From a virus: 64,000 nucleotides of DNA. The stretch spans positions 32,001 to 96,000 of the IMG/VR virus record IMGVR_UViG_3300042454_000021; one strand, written 5' to 3'. Every line of letters starts with the position of its first letter. Within the stretch, counting starts at the first letter, position 1. A program made the translations under genes and the position numbers. This document shows positions 48,614 to 58,132 of the stretch, piece after piece. The notes beneath the pieces are model-generated. The model was not told the DNA's origin. It saw only the letters and a list, made by a program, of their open reading frames with translations, and searched no databases.

Positions 48614-48986
48614 TGTCTTGTTGTTTAGATAGTTTAATTAACTCATCAATACACGCTTGCTCTGCTTGCTCATAGCTATCAATATATAATTGAAAATGAG
48701 TGTGACCTTTTATCAAATCATTAATGTGATAAGAGTATTCAATGCCATATTCTTGCGTATCAGAATCAACATATCCTAATAGGTTATGTTTCTCTCTAAA
48801 CCATCTAAATACTTGTTGTTTAAGTGGAGCTTTGAGTTCAAAGGATGAGTAGTACTGACTATCCTCAATAGATACATAGGATACATACATAGATTTGTTC
48901 AAATCATATCCAGCTAAACAGGGTTCATCAAACCCTAATTCCTTTAAGGCTAATGCTTGTTCGTATGTTACAAATTCTTTATTCAT
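48606..48986 (-). CDS. Hypothetical protein (FVTYEQALALKELGFDEPC family)
   Basis: Likely start 48986; AP..QQVFRWFREKH. Confidence 0.65.
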   Translation of the reverse strand: MNKEFVTYEQALALKELGFDEPCLAGYDLNKSMYVSYVSIEDSQYYSSFELKAPLKQQVFRWFREKHNLLGYVDSDTQEYGIEYSYHINDLIKGHTHFQLYIDSYEQAEQACIDELIKLSKQQDNG

Positions 48987-49224
48987 TGTCTTTGCCATAA
49001 GTTTCGTTGTAATATTTTTCTTTTGGCTCATAAGCATCAGGAGTACAAATAGTTGCTCCATTAGTTTGTCCACATAACCAAGCATCTTTTATCTGCTCTT
49101 TCTCCATTTCTTTAGTTTTATTGTACACCATCTCTAGATAGTCAAACAAGTTATCAGGCAGGAATGATTTACTTTCTTTTATTTCTTGAAATAGAATGTC
49201 TAATGCTGTTCGTTTATTTGCCAT
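48979..49224 (-). CDS. Hypothetical protein
   Basis: KEMEKEQI.DA...YYNETY motif common in Bacteroidota phages. Confidence 0.6.
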   Translation of the reverse strand: MANKRTALDILFQEIKESKSFLPDNLFDYLEMVYNKTKEMEKEQIKDAWLCGQTNGATICTPDAYEPKEKYYNETYGKDNE

Positions 49225-49459
49225 TTTTATGTTTTAGATTATAATTTATTTTCCACTCTGGTTTGAACTGATTAAATGAATAAAATCCACTAGGAGAGAA
49301 ACGTGCTATTAGTTTCTTATTACATGCTTTACAATAATATGTTACAGCAGAAGAGTTGCCTGTTTTATCAAACAACTCTTCTATTATTGATACATTTTGT
49401 ATATCTCCACAATAAAGACAGTGCATCTTATCTTCCAATAATTTAGGTTTCTTTGGCAT
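49214..49459 (-). CDS. Zinc-ribbon protein
   Basis: CLYC...CKAC. Confidence 0.55.
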   Translation of the reverse strand: MPKKPKLLEDKMHCLYCGDIQNVSIIEELFDKTGNSSAVTYYCKACNKKLIARFSPSGFYSFNQFKPEWKINYNLKHKNGK

Positions 49460-49460
49460 A

Positions 49461-49688
49461 TTAATACAGTTCTGATTCGTTCTTAGTTACAGGTGTTACA
49501 TTATTTACATAATCATAATGTAATAATGTGTAGGCCAGCTTATCTGGCCACACATAAAATACTCTCATTTTAAGAGAGTCAGGCTTTGTATACACAATAT
49601 CATTCTTCTTGTATTTGTGTACAATAATAGGAGCCATCTCTTTAGATGTACATCCCATCAATAACAATAAACAAACTATTCTTAACAT
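49461..49688 (-). CDS. Putative small lipoprotein
   Basis: LLMG-C lipobox-like sequence. Confidence 0.45.
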   Translation of the reverse strand: MLRIVCLLLLMGCTSKEMAPIIVHKYKKNDIVYTKPDSLKMRVFYVWPDKLAYTLLHYDYVNNVTPVTKNESELY

Positions 49689-50233
49689 GCTGCGTAGCCA
49701 AAGAATATATACGTTCCTTCTCTTTCTTGTGTAGATTTCTTGTATTTAATACAAGCTACATTAGCATCTTGATTAGTAAGAATCTTCTCCATACGTACAA
49801 ACGTGGTGTTCTGTGATTTCTCTGTATACTCACGAGCATACTTCACAGCATCAGTCTTGGTCTTGAAAGACTTCAACTGTCTGTCATCCCAACCTGTATA
49901 TACATTGTAACGAAGCTCCCATTTACTGGTGCCTTTAACAACAGTGTGATCAACAACAGATTTAATCTTGTTGTTATTCTTTACTGGTGATTCTTCTTCA
50001 ATGACATAACATTCACGCTTACCTGCATTCTCTAACATGTCATCAATAAACTGACGTCTTTCTTTCTTACTCTTACGAAATTCAGCAGTTACATCTCTAA
50101 AGCTAGTTGTTGTACTGATTGTACCATTGTAGAGATTTCTACCATGTTCTGATTCTGCTGCTTCTACAGCGTGTGTGTACGCTTCGCTAGCATTCATTCC
50201 TCTTTGTCTTGTAATAAAAGCTTGTGCTCCCAT
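49682..50233 (-). CDS. Hypothetical protein
   Basis: MGA...YNGTIST...FFGYAAC conserved-looking termini. Confidence 0.65.
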   Translation of the reverse strand: MGAQAFITRQRGMNASEAYTHAVEAAESEHGRNLYNGTISTTTSFRDVTAEFRKSKKERRQFIDDMLENAGKRECYVIEEESPVKNNNKIKSVVDHTVVKGTSKWELRYNVYTGWDDRQLKSFKTKTDAVKYAREYTEKSQNTTFVRMEKILTNQDANVACIKYKKSTQEREGTYIFFGYAAC

Positions 50234-50235
50234 GA

Positions 50236-50532
50236 TTATTTGATTAATGTGTAAATTAATGATGTAAGTGCTACCAATAATGTTAATGTTGCCATAATTC
50301 CTAGCATAATCAATGCTCCAATATTTTCATCAACAAAATCATAATATACATCTTTTTTAAACAGTTGTCTAATAGATGTAAATACAATCCATAATAATGA
50401 TAGAATAATTATTGATAATCCTACAGCTAATAGCTGTGTTCCTTCATCAGGACTATGCTGATGGTGATGATGATTGTTTGCATTGTTCATTGCGTTCATT
50501 GTTGCAATTGTCATTGCTGTTGATGCTCCCAT
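50236..50532 (-). CDS. Two-transmembrane protein with His tract
   Basis: NNHHHHQH followed by two transmembrane segments. Confidence 0.55.
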   Translation of the reverse strand: MGASTAMTIATMNAMNNANNHHHHQHSPDEGTQLLAVGLSIIILSLLWIVFTSIRQLFKKDVYYDFVDENIGALIMLGIMATLTLLVALTSLIYTLIK

Positions 50533-50534
50533 GA

Positions 50535-50759
50535 TTATTTTACCTTTTCTAAGTTATACGATACTTTATACTTGCCTAATAGTTTAATCTCATACAGATA
50601 AATTTCTGTCATGTATGGTTCATTCTCCTTAACATAATTGATAGCAGCGTCTGCTGTCAGTTCTGGATATAATTCCATCTCTGGCTCAATAGGTGAAGTT
50701 GATGCAACATAATACATTTGCTCTTCTGTTGATTCTTGTTGTTTTTTAGGACGTCCCAT
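50535..50759 (-). CDS. Hypothetical protein
   Basis: First gene after a long intergenic region. Confidence 0.6.
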   Translation of the reverse strand: MGRPKKQQESTEEQMYYVASTSPIEPEMELYPELTADAAINYVKENEPYMTEIYLYEIKLLGKYKVSYNLEKVK

Positions 50760-50848
50760 GTTTTTGTGATTTAAAATGTGTAAAAATTATAATATGTAAA
50801 ACTATAAATTACCAATAAACACCTAAAAGTGGTAAAATTGAGTAATAG

Positions 50849-50874
50849 AAAAGCCCCAGATTTCTCTGAGGCTA
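50849..50874 (-). terminator. Intrinsic terminator-like hairpin
   Basis: AGCCTCAGA-GAAA-TCTGGGGCT-TTTC on the - strand. Confidence 0.6.
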
Positions 50875-50879
50875 AAAGC

Positions 50880-51071
50880 GTTACAAATTGTAACAGTTTA
50901 GATAATTAATAAAAGTAGTAGTAATACTACTGATTTACAATGTTAAATTACATCGTCTAATTCGACGATAATTCGAATTATCGTGTATTTTATGACACTT
51001 TTTGTCAAATTTTATACCCTTTCACGTATAAATTTTGGAAATAGTGCAATATTATACCCTTTCGCATATAA
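50880..51071. repeat. Array of short palindromes plus a 20-bp direct repeat
   Basis: GTTACAAATTGTAAC; AGTAGTA-GTAA-TACTACT; ACGATAATTCGAATTATCGT; TGACA-N5-TGTCA; TTATACCCTTTCRCRTATAA twice, 40 bp apart. Confidence 0.75.
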
Positions 51072-51089
51072 TTTAACTAACATCAAGTG

Positions 51090-51470
51090 TCAATCATAAT
51101 ACCCTCTAAAGAACTTCTTCATCTTTTGTAAGAATGTAGGCTGTTGATCTTTAAGAATATGTGCTTCAGGTGGTATTGTTGTGTGGATGTGTGTTGTATC
51201 AACCTCTTCTGGATTATACTCACGCAATCCTAAATTAAGCTCGAACCAACTCATTGTTGACTGTGCTCTTGTCTTATTACACTTAAAAGTTTTCTTAATA
51301 AGTGGAAGAGCAGCCTTACGCCATTCTAATGTTTGTTCTGTTGTCAATGTATACACTCTCCAGAATTCTGGTGTGTCCACTGCGTCCTGATAGGTTAGTC
51401 CTATCATTTCCATTTGCATAGTGACTAACTTTCTGTTAATCTCTTCTCGTTGTTTATCTGATCCTGCCAT
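51090..51470 (-). CDS. Hypothetical protein
   Basis: Coupled to the polymerase stop. Confidence 0.6.
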   Translation of the reverse strand: MAGSDKQREEINRKLVTMQMEMIGLTYQDAVDTPEFWRVYTLTTEQTLEWRKAALPLIKKTFKCNKTRAQSTMSWFELNLGLREYNPEEVDTTHIHTTIPPEAHILKDQQPTFLQKMKKFFRGYYD

Positions 51471-53419
51471 TAAAATAAATTTAGTTGGTTCGCGATTATT
51501 ACAGGTCTTTTCTTACCATTGTAATTAATCTTGTTAATAATTCTTTCTGCTTTCTCTATGTAATAAGAATGATTAATATTATCTAGAGAATGATCCTTAG
51601 ATAGCTTATTACACACTGTCATTAGCCACTCACCTGCTTCCACTTGTGATATTGGTGCAGCGTTGGATAGACATTCTGGGTTCTTCACTTTCAATAGCTT
51701 CTCACCAGTGTTAGATACATAATATCTAATTAGTTTATTATACACAGTAGTCTTGCCATTGAACTTGCCTTCATAATGAAAGTCTCTGCTAGCCTTCTGT
51801 CTGAGACAAAAATCAAAGATGTTACTATGATTACTGATACTATCAGCAACAGGAATACCATCGCAATAATAACGCTCAAGAGCAATAGGCACCACTCTAG
51901 CAGATTTGTTTTTATGTAATTCAAAATCTGTAAGGAAATCACCTTTCTTCTTAACTTCTCCATTGGTCTTAACTGCTAGATAATCATTAACTGTTGAGAA
52001 TATAATCTTACTGTAATCTGTACGCTCAAGCTCATATTTCGTTAAGTTAGACCACCATGCATTAATCTCATGCATCTCATCAAGATGTGTCTTTTCTATT
52101 CTAATTGTAACACCATCTGTATTAGCTGATATAACATGTATACCTGCTAGTTCATAAGCTTCAATAAGCATAAGCAAGCTAAGCTCTCCAGTAATAGTAG
52201 TGAACATAGTAAGCTGTCTATCGTAGATCCACGACTGCATATCAGAAGACTTACCATATACAGAATTGACAGCAAGCTTAAGGGCACCAACAATGCCTGC
52301 AATGCGTTTGCTCTTTTTAGCCTGTGGCTTGAGTTCAAGACGCCTTTCAAACATGCGCTTATAACCAGTAAGAAACTCTTTACCAAGGTGGCTAGGATAG
52401 CGACCATTATTGATAATAATAGCAGGATAGTAACTAGAGACATCCCAATCAATAATTTCAAAATGCTCATCAGTTTCGAATACCTCTGGTTTGTTCTCTG
52501 TGTGTAAGCCACCTTTAGCGAACGTATAAGTGTTGCCATAAAAATGTATACTTTCTTTAAAGTCATCATTAAGTCCTAATACTAGTTTATCTATGTACTT
52601 TTTAAACTCAATGAGCTGGTTAGTTTGAAACTTTAGATAATCAGGTCTACATTGTGATACAGTTATCTTCTTTCTAAAGAATCCTGTGCGAGGTAGATTA
52701 GCATATGTAATTTTCTTCTCTTCACAATAATACTTTTTAATCATCTCATCACCAATCTTACTATCAGAATAATTAATACAGTTAATACCAAACTCTTCTT
52801 GTATGTCTAGTCTTAATTGTAATTGATTATTTCCTTTATACAAGGGATGTTCTGTATCACCTGTTGTAACCTTAAAGAACTCATAGGTTGCCATTACATC
52901 ATTCACACAATAGTTCATTGTAACATCTATCTCTTCTTGAGTCATGTTACGCTTTGTGTGATGTATAGGCATTTCCTCAATGTTCTCAAGGTCCATCTCA
53001 AACTCTAGACGTTTAAGGCTAACCATACGATTCTTATTATCATAATGATTAACCTTAAACAAATCTATCTGTTTGAACGACAAATCCTCTTCTCGATATT
53101 CTGGGAACTGTTCGTAATTAGCATCTTCAATCACATCTTGAGCCTTCTGTGCAATTTTAGCACATATTTCTAGCCCTCCAAGTTCATGCCAATTATCATG
53201 ATTACGTAACACCCATTCTACCACTTGAGCATCAAAACGAAGATTATTATAACCCACCCAATAATAGTCTGGCTTATCATGCATTAGTTTTGTAAATGCA
53301 TCAAAGTTATTCTGCCATTGGCTAATCAGGAAATCATAATGCTCATCTTCTTTTGGATCGTAGACATGTATCAGGAATAACTCCTGCATTGTCTCGATAT
53401 CATAAATTAATACGTCCAT
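51470..53419 (-). CDS. Family B DNA polymerase with 3'-5' exonuclease
   Basis: YDIE and GYNN..FD exonuclease motifs; DVSSYYP, KLAVNSVYGK, NTDG. Confidence 0.92.
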   Translation of the reverse strand: MDVLIYDIETMQELFLIHVYDPKEDEHYDFLISQWQNNFDAFTKLMHDKPDYYWVGYNNLRFDAQVVEWVLRNHDNWHELGGLEICAKIAQKAQDVIEDANYEQFPEYREEDLSFKQIDLFKVNHYDNKNRMVSLKRLEFEMDLENIEEMPIHHTKRNMTQEEIDVTMNYCVNDVMATYEFFKVTTGDTEHPLYKGNNQLQLRLDIQEEFGINCINYSDSKIGDEMIKKYYCEEKKITYANLPRTGFFRKKITVSQCRPDYLKFQTNQLIEFKKYIDKLVLGLNDDFKESIHFYGNTYTFAKGGLHTENKPEVFETDEHFEIIDWDVSSYYPAIIINNGRYPSHLGKEFLTGYKRMFERRLELKPQAKKSKRIAGIVGALKLAVNSVYGKSSDMQSWIYDRQLTMFTTITGELSLLMLIEAYELAGIHVISANTDGVTIRIEKTHLDEMHEINAWWSNLTKYELERTDYSKIIFSTVNDYLAVKTNGEVKKKGDFLTDFELHKNKSARVVPIALERYYCDGIPVADSISNHSNIFDFCLRQKASRDFHYEGKFNGKTTVYNKLIRYYVSNTGEKLLKVKNPECLSNAAPISQVEAGEWLMTVCNKLSKDHSLDNINHSYYIEKAERIINKINYNGKKRPVIIANQLNLF

Positions 53420-53577
53420 TTATCTTCTATTATATCAATTAAATCTTTCATATTGGTTGAAAATAAACAGTTGTCTTTATTACCATTCCAATAGTCATTA
53501 CAACTCTCTCTTGGAATAGCCCACCACAATCCCTCATGGTGATTGTAATGGAATACATAGTTATATATTAATTCCAT
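53407..53577 (-). CDS. Small hypothetical protein (56 aa, not in ORF track)
   Basis: MELIYNYVFHYNHHEGLWWAIPR... fills the gap and overlaps both neighbours. Confidence 0.55.
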   Translation of the reverse strand: MELIYNYVFHYNHHEGLWWAIPRESCNDYWNGNKDNCLFSTNMKDLIDIIEDKWTY

Positions 53578-53843
53578 TGTTCTAAAGCTGTTCTGCTTTT
53601 ATTAACTTTAATCTCACGTAAGCCATATTTCTCAAGATATTGTTTCTTGCTACGCATATGCTCAATTTGTAATTCATTATCAACAGATTTAAATACATTG
53701 ACAATTGCTTTAATCACCTCTGGTGATTCTATTTCTGGTGCTTTGTTGTTCATAGTTCGATTAATTATAGCAGACACCACCACGATGCCTGCAAAGGTTA
53801 AAACATAAAATACTGGATGTAGGTTAATCTTCATCGTCTCCAT
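53568..53843 (-). CDS. Single-transmembrane hypothetical protein
   Basis: One hydrophobic helix. Confidence 0.55.
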   Translation of the reverse strand: METMKINLHPVFYVLTFAGIVVVSAIINRTMNNKAPEIESPEVIKAIVNVFKSVDNELQIEHMRSKKQYLEKYGLREIKVNKSRTALEQWN

Positions 53844-54093
53844 AATAATCCATTGGGTCTATTGCTTCATATATATCATCAAGACTCACCCAATCAGGCA
53901 CCTCCATCTTGTTGACATATTCACCACAATATGTGATTAGTTTAGTATCCTCAATGACCAAATCATCATCACCTGGCTGTTCTAATGTAGCTTGTGATGT
54001 ATGATGAGCCCATTTAATTTCTACACTACAAAATATATCATCCTGTGTTGGATGATAGAAATCTGCAAGTGTTCTGCCTCTTGTTGTGCTCAT
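53824..54093 (-). CDS. Acidic hypothetical protein
   Basis: In operon. Confidence 0.55.
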   Translation of the reverse strand: MSTTRGRTLADFYHPTQDDIFCSVEIKWAHHTSQATLEQPGDDDLVIEDTKLITYCGEYVNKMEVPDWVSLDDIYEAIDPMDYYGDDED

Positions 54094-54506
54094 AATACTA
54101 TAATTGCTTTATCGTTTAAAATTACTGGTTTACCTGCTGAGTCTATTTGAACATTAACTTTTTCACCTATAAACTCTGCAAGTGTTGAAGGTCTTACATT
54201 TTTTATTGCGCCTTCTTTATTAACTACCCATGCCATACGATGGGATGGTACAATAACATTGTTTTCATCATCTACTAAGACTGGATTACTATTATCTAGC
54301 ACTATCAACTTTAATTTGATTGTTTTCATAGCTTTTAAATCTATAGGTTTATCTAATTCTGAATAATTGTGATGAATAGTTTCAGCAGGAATAAATTTAG
54401 AAGCAGTCATTATTTTAACTGTTCCATATATCACTGCAAATACTCTTATAGTAAAATACAATATTACAATTGTAAATATTCCTGCTGTTACCCTATCCTT
54501 TATCAT
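54090..54506 (-). CDS. Hypothetical protein (N-terminal transmembrane segment; possibly two genes)
   Basis: In operon; internal MKTIK could be a second start. Confidence 0.5.
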   Translation of the reverse strand: MIKDRVTAGIFTIVILYFTIRVFAVIYGTVKIMTASKFIPAETIHHNYSELDKPIDLKAMKTIKLKLIVLDNSNPVLVDDENNVIVPSHRMAWVVNKEGAIKNVRPSTLAEFIGEKVNVQIDSAGKPVILNDKAIIVL

Positions 54507-54507
54507 T

Positions 54508-54777
54508 CTATTCAGATTTTGTTATTAACCTACCATACTTAGTATACTTACCCTTTTCCATGTTATCTATATAGATGTCTTCTTGTGTTACTATTCCAAA
54601 CCTTTCTGTTTTATTTTGCATAAACCTACTTTTATTTGGAACTCCCTCATTGTGTGAGTTATAACTAACAAAAATCATAAGTATAAATATTGATAAGGTC
54701 ACTAAGATAACAATAAATGTTAGAAAAAATGATAATAGTTTTCTTTCTACTCTATCTTCTCTATTTTCTGGCTCCAT
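54508..54777 (-). CDS. Single-transmembrane hypothetical protein
   Basis: Long hydrophobic helix. Confidence 0.55.
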   Translation of the reverse strand: MEPENREDRVERKLLSFFLTFIVILVTLSIFILMIFVSYNSHNEGVPNKSRFMQNKTERFGIVTQEDIYIDNMEKGKYTKYGRLITKSE

Positions 54778-55004
54778 TAGTCCAAGATTTTAGATATTAC
54801 ACTACGTTCCACTTGATCTTCAGTGTTCTTACGAGCTCTCTCGTATGCTACAGTAATCTCTACATCTGTAAACAGATAAGGATTATACTGTCCATTGCTA
54901 TTTAAAATTACAGCTTGATAAGTATTATTAGCTGCTTTTTTCTTGTCCTGGTTCTTAACCTTTACAAGTTTACCCACTCTAGTTTTAATCGACATAATAT
55001 TCAT
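54777..55004 (-). CDS. Hypothetical protein
   Basis: LFTD.E...A.ERA.KN.ED motif. Confidence 0.6.
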   Translation of the reverse strand: MNIMSIKTRVGKLVKVKNQDKKKAANNTYQAVILNSNGQYNPYLFTDVEITVAYERARKNTEDQVERSVISKILD

Positions 55005-55593
55005 TTATATTTATTGGTTTAATTGTACTTCTAAATGTTAAAAACCATCTATCATCTTTTACATCCATTTTGGATAAAGAGTTTTCTATATGGCTAGGAA
55101 ATAATAATATTTCATTATTAGAAACAAGAATAATCTCTTTAGTTTGAGCATAAGGATTATTTACTAATAATTCAGAATTAATAAATGGCTTTGTGGATTT
55201 TATATTAGGCTTATAAAAGTTAACAATTGCTCTATTATCTGGTATATCCATATAATACACACCTGACACTAAATAACCATCATTATAATCTATATTTGTT
55301 TCACCACCATTCATATTTCTATTAATTCTACTCTCTGTAATCATGATATCTCTATCAATAGCTAATGCATTTACATAGAAATCCTTAAGTTGTTTCTCTA
55401 TGTATGCTTTAAGCTTCTCCATACCTGGTAAATCTAAACAATATGATTCAACTGATTCAAAATGATTACCATTTTTATATCTAGGTTGACTATCAAGCTG
55501 TTTTAATTGTAACAGCTCATCTTCAAAATACTCCTGCACTCTAACTCTTTGCACTGGTGTAGGAAATAAACTTATGATTTCTAAATTCTGCAT
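54985..55593 (-). CDS. Degenerate 2OG-Fe(II) oxygenase-like protein (TIGR02466-like) lacking metal ligands
   Basis: LFPTPV, SGVYY and LLFPS are retained, but HxH is replaced by DYN and the distal His by Asn. Confidence 0.6.
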   Translation of the reverse strand: MQNLEIISLFPTPVQRVRVQEYFEDELLQLKQLDSQPRYKNGNHFESVESYCLDLPGMEKLKAYIEKQLKDFYVNALAIDRDIMITESRINRNMNGGETNIDYNDGYLVSGVYYMDIPDNRAIVNFYKPNIKSTKPFINSELLVNNPYAQTKEIILVSNNEILLFPSHIENSLSKMDVKDDRWFLTFRSTIKPININEYYVD

Positions 55594-55594
55594 A

Positions 55595-56038
55595 TTAAAT
55601 CATTTCTTCATTATTAAACTTTGATGATTCATCTTCGTAGTCATCTTCATAATCATCATACTCTTGATCAATATAAAATACTACACTGTCATCCTTTTCT
55701 AAAACTAATTCACCATCGCTATATGCAAGCACCTCAACATAACCTCTAGCAGAACAAAAATTCATTTGTTCTACAGATAGATTTATCTGATCTGGATATG
55801 CTACAATGATTGGTGCTACATCAGGATTGCTACTTGTTCTCATGATGAGATGAGGCTGGACAGGAAGTCCATGCTTTTGAATATATGCTCCTTGATCTCT
55901 TGGTATTTTATCAAGTTCATATATATGAACATATGGATGCTCTTGAACGAGTCCATCCATTGATACAAAATACATACCTTTCTCTAATTGGTCAGGATGG
56001 TACTCTGGGAATATTAGTTGTACGTTTACGTATTTCAT
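55595..56038 (-). CDS. Hypothetical protein with acidic tail
   Basis: In operon. Confidence 0.6.
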   Translation of the reverse strand: MKYVNVQLIFPEYHPDQLEKGMYFVSMDGLVQEHPYVHIYELDKIPRDQGAYIQKHGLPVQPHLIMRTSSNPDVAPIIVAYPDQINLSVEQMNFCSARGYVEVLAYSDGELVLEKDDSVVFYIDQEYDDYEDDYEDESSKFNNEEMI

Positions 56039-56306
56039 TTGATTTCAAAGTTAATGATTTTTTCTTTTTCTTCACCTTTTGTATCACAAAATGTTTATTG
56101 AATATGGTTTTGTTGATATTATATGACAACAAATCATTAACATACACTTTATAATATATACCATGAACACCACGTGGATGATATTCACAGATGTACGTAC
56201 TGTCCTTACGATAGTATGTATCACAGTTGTATACATTACAATCTTCAATACATTTACATCTATCTATCTTTAATCCTTTTATCTTGATTGGCCTCTCTAC
56301 ACGCAT
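55992..56306 (-). CDS. Hypothetical protein
   Basis: In operon. Confidence 0.5.
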   Translation of the reverse strand: MRVERPIKIKGLKIDRCKCIEDCNVYNCDTYYRKDSTYICEYHPRGVHGIYYKVYVNDLLSYNINKTIFNKHFVIQKVKKKKKSLTLKSNEIRKRTTNIPRVPS

Positions 56307-56314
56307 ATCTGATT

Positions 56315-56698
56315 TTATCTACTATCTTTTTGTAGCTCTTGTAGTTGATTTTGAAGCTCTGCAATCTTATTTAGTCTTCGTTGCTCACTAGACTCATCTG
56401 ATTTTGCAATAAAGTCAATGATATCCTGTTTAGTACGCAAAATGATTTGATCTAATTCAGCATCACTGAGGTTTTCTACATCAATACTAACACCATTACT
56501 GATATAATCACCCTTTTGATAAAGAGTTATTTCCAGCTTTTTATTATTCATGAATGAAATAGCATAATATTCTATACCACTTCTTCTTACAGTTATCCAA
56601 GTGGACACGTCAATATATTGGTCATCTATATTGTTGACCTGAATTGTACTACGTAATTGCTTAGCTAGTTTTAATAGCTCATTTAATTGATCTCTCAT
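56315..56698 (-). CDS. Hypothetical protein
   Basis: Follows a hairpin and A/T-rich leader. Confidence 0.6.
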   Translation of the reverse strand: MRDQLNELLKLAKQLRSTIQVNNIDDQYIDVSTWITVRRSGIEYYAISFMNNKKLEITLYQKGDYISNGVSIDVENLSDAELDQIILRTKQDIIDFIAKSDESSEQRRLNKIAELQNQLQELQKDSR

Positions 56699-56730
56699 GT
56701 CTATGCATGTTTAAAATGTGAAAAAATAAA

Positions 56731-56759
56731 AGAGCTCAAGGACAATGTCCAAGAGCTCT
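56731..56759 (-). terminator. Hairpin followed by a T-run
   Basis: AGAGCTCTTGGACATTGTCCTTGAGCTCT-TTTATTTTTT on the - strand. Confidence 0.6.
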
Positions 56760-56779
56760 ATGCATTCAACCTTTTAACC

Positions 56780-56941
56780 CTAATTCATAACTTTATAGCC
56801 TGTTGTTAATAGTTGTTTTAATAGGCTAATTTTAATCTTTACTACCACATAGTTATTGGCATAAACATAGTCATGCATCACTAATGGATAGTTCTTACAC
56901 CAACACATATATTGTTGTAAGGGTACGTTAAATGTTTTCAT
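56780..56941 (-). CDS. Small hypothetical protein (53 aa, not in ORF track)
   Basis: Open frame with an A-rich leader. Confidence 0.45.
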   Translation of the reverse strand: MKTFNVPLQQYMCWCKNYPLVMHDYVYANNYVVVKIKISLLKQLLTTGYKVMN

Positions 56942-56988
56942 CTTTTTGATGATTTAGAATGTGTGAATAATTTATGTATTAGTGGCAG

Positions 56989-57141
56989 TTATTTCTTTGA
57001 ACGTTCAAGTATGGCTATGGATATACATACAAATGATATAAACATACATAACATTGTCATCCATATACTTCTTTGTTGTAATGATGCACCAAATGATAGC
57101 ACTCCCACTGCCATTGGTAATATATAATCTAATTTCTGCAT
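56989..57141 (-). CDS. Small two-transmembrane protein (50 aa, not in ORF track)
   Basis: Open frame directly after the 57144 ORF stop. Confidence 0.45.
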   Translation of the reverse strand: MQKLDYILPMAVGVLSFGASLQQRSIWMTMLCMFISFVCISIAILERSKK

Positions 57142-57143
57142 AA

Positions 57144-57404
57144 CTAATTAGTTTCAAAGAATTCTATTTTACTAGGAGTACTAGTCATCTTCTTATAAAT
57201 CAATTGAGCTTTAACAGCATTGATAGCTGTAGCATAAGCACTAACAGCAGCTTGTGCAGCTTTGATGTCTGCTGTCTTGTTGTATGTCTTGGTTAACTTG
57301 TCACCAATCTTCTGACATGCAATACGTACATCATCCACTGTTACTGTTTCAGTATTGATTATTACTAACTCTAATACTTCTTGTTTTTTTACTTGCTTTT
57401 TCAT
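57144..57404 (-). CDS. Hypothetical helical protein
   Basis: Paired with the upstream Cys-repeat gene. Confidence 0.6.
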   Translation of the reverse strand: MKKQVKKQEVLELVIINTETVTVDDVRIACQKIGDKLTKTYNKTADIKAAQAAVSAYATAINAVKAQLIYKKMTSTPSKIEFFETN

Positions 57405-57412
57405 AATTGTTT

Positions 57413-58132
57413 TTATTTTTTAATTTGACGTGATAATAAAACTTGTTTTCTTTTAATTTCAATTAACTCTGGTGGTATATCTGCTCTTTTAATAGTTGTA
57501 TTACCAGTTAACAAACCTTTAATATAACTATCACCTACATTCTCTCTTATTTTATTCCTATGAGTACGATAACGATTATTAACTTTTTCTTTATTCTCGT
57601 TATAATATACTCTTGATCTTATTTTATTATACTCATTATAAACTTCTTTTCTACGTTTTATTATAGGTTCCATGTGACATTTTTTACAGTGATGCATACC
57701 TTTGAGATATTCTATAACTGGTTTATCAATAAAACATTTTGAACATTTTTTTATACCATCTATAATAGGAAACTTATAATTTTTCTTCATTCCCATCACT
57801 CTTCGATTTTTTTCATGATACTCAAGTGTACATAAAGAACAGTTAGCATATATTTTTCCATCTGCTTTCATATAATACTCAGAAACATGTTTATTTATAT
57901 TACAAGCTGTACATTTTTTGTGATCATCTATAATTGGATATCTTTTATTAACTTTTGCTCCTCTTGATCTACGTAAGTTATTAATATATTCAGCTTTACA
58001 TTTTCTACAATTAGCCTCTGGTGTAGAAGATCCATTTTTATTATTTCTAATTTGATAGTCACAAACAGGTTTTATAATATGACACTTAGTACATTCTTTG
58101 TGACCATCAATAACTGCATATAATAGTTTCAT
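57413..58132 (-). CDS. Protein with three tandem CxxC...CxxC zinc-finger repeats
   Basis: (YP/FP)IID.HKKCxxC...K...Y...CxxC repeated three times; no HNH core visible. Confidence 0.7.
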   Translation of the reverse strand: MKLLYAVIDGHKECTKCHIIKPVCDYQIRNNKNGSSTPEANCRKCKAEYINNLRRSRGAKVNKRYPIIDDHKKCTACNINKHVSEYYMKADGKIYANCSLCTLEYHEKNRRVMGMKKNYKFPIIDGIKKCSKCFIDKPVIEYLKGMHHCKKCHMEPIIKRRKEVYNEYNKIRSRVYYNENKEKVNNRYRTHRNKIRENVGDSYIKGLLTGNTTIKRADIPPELIEIKRKQVLLSRQIKK

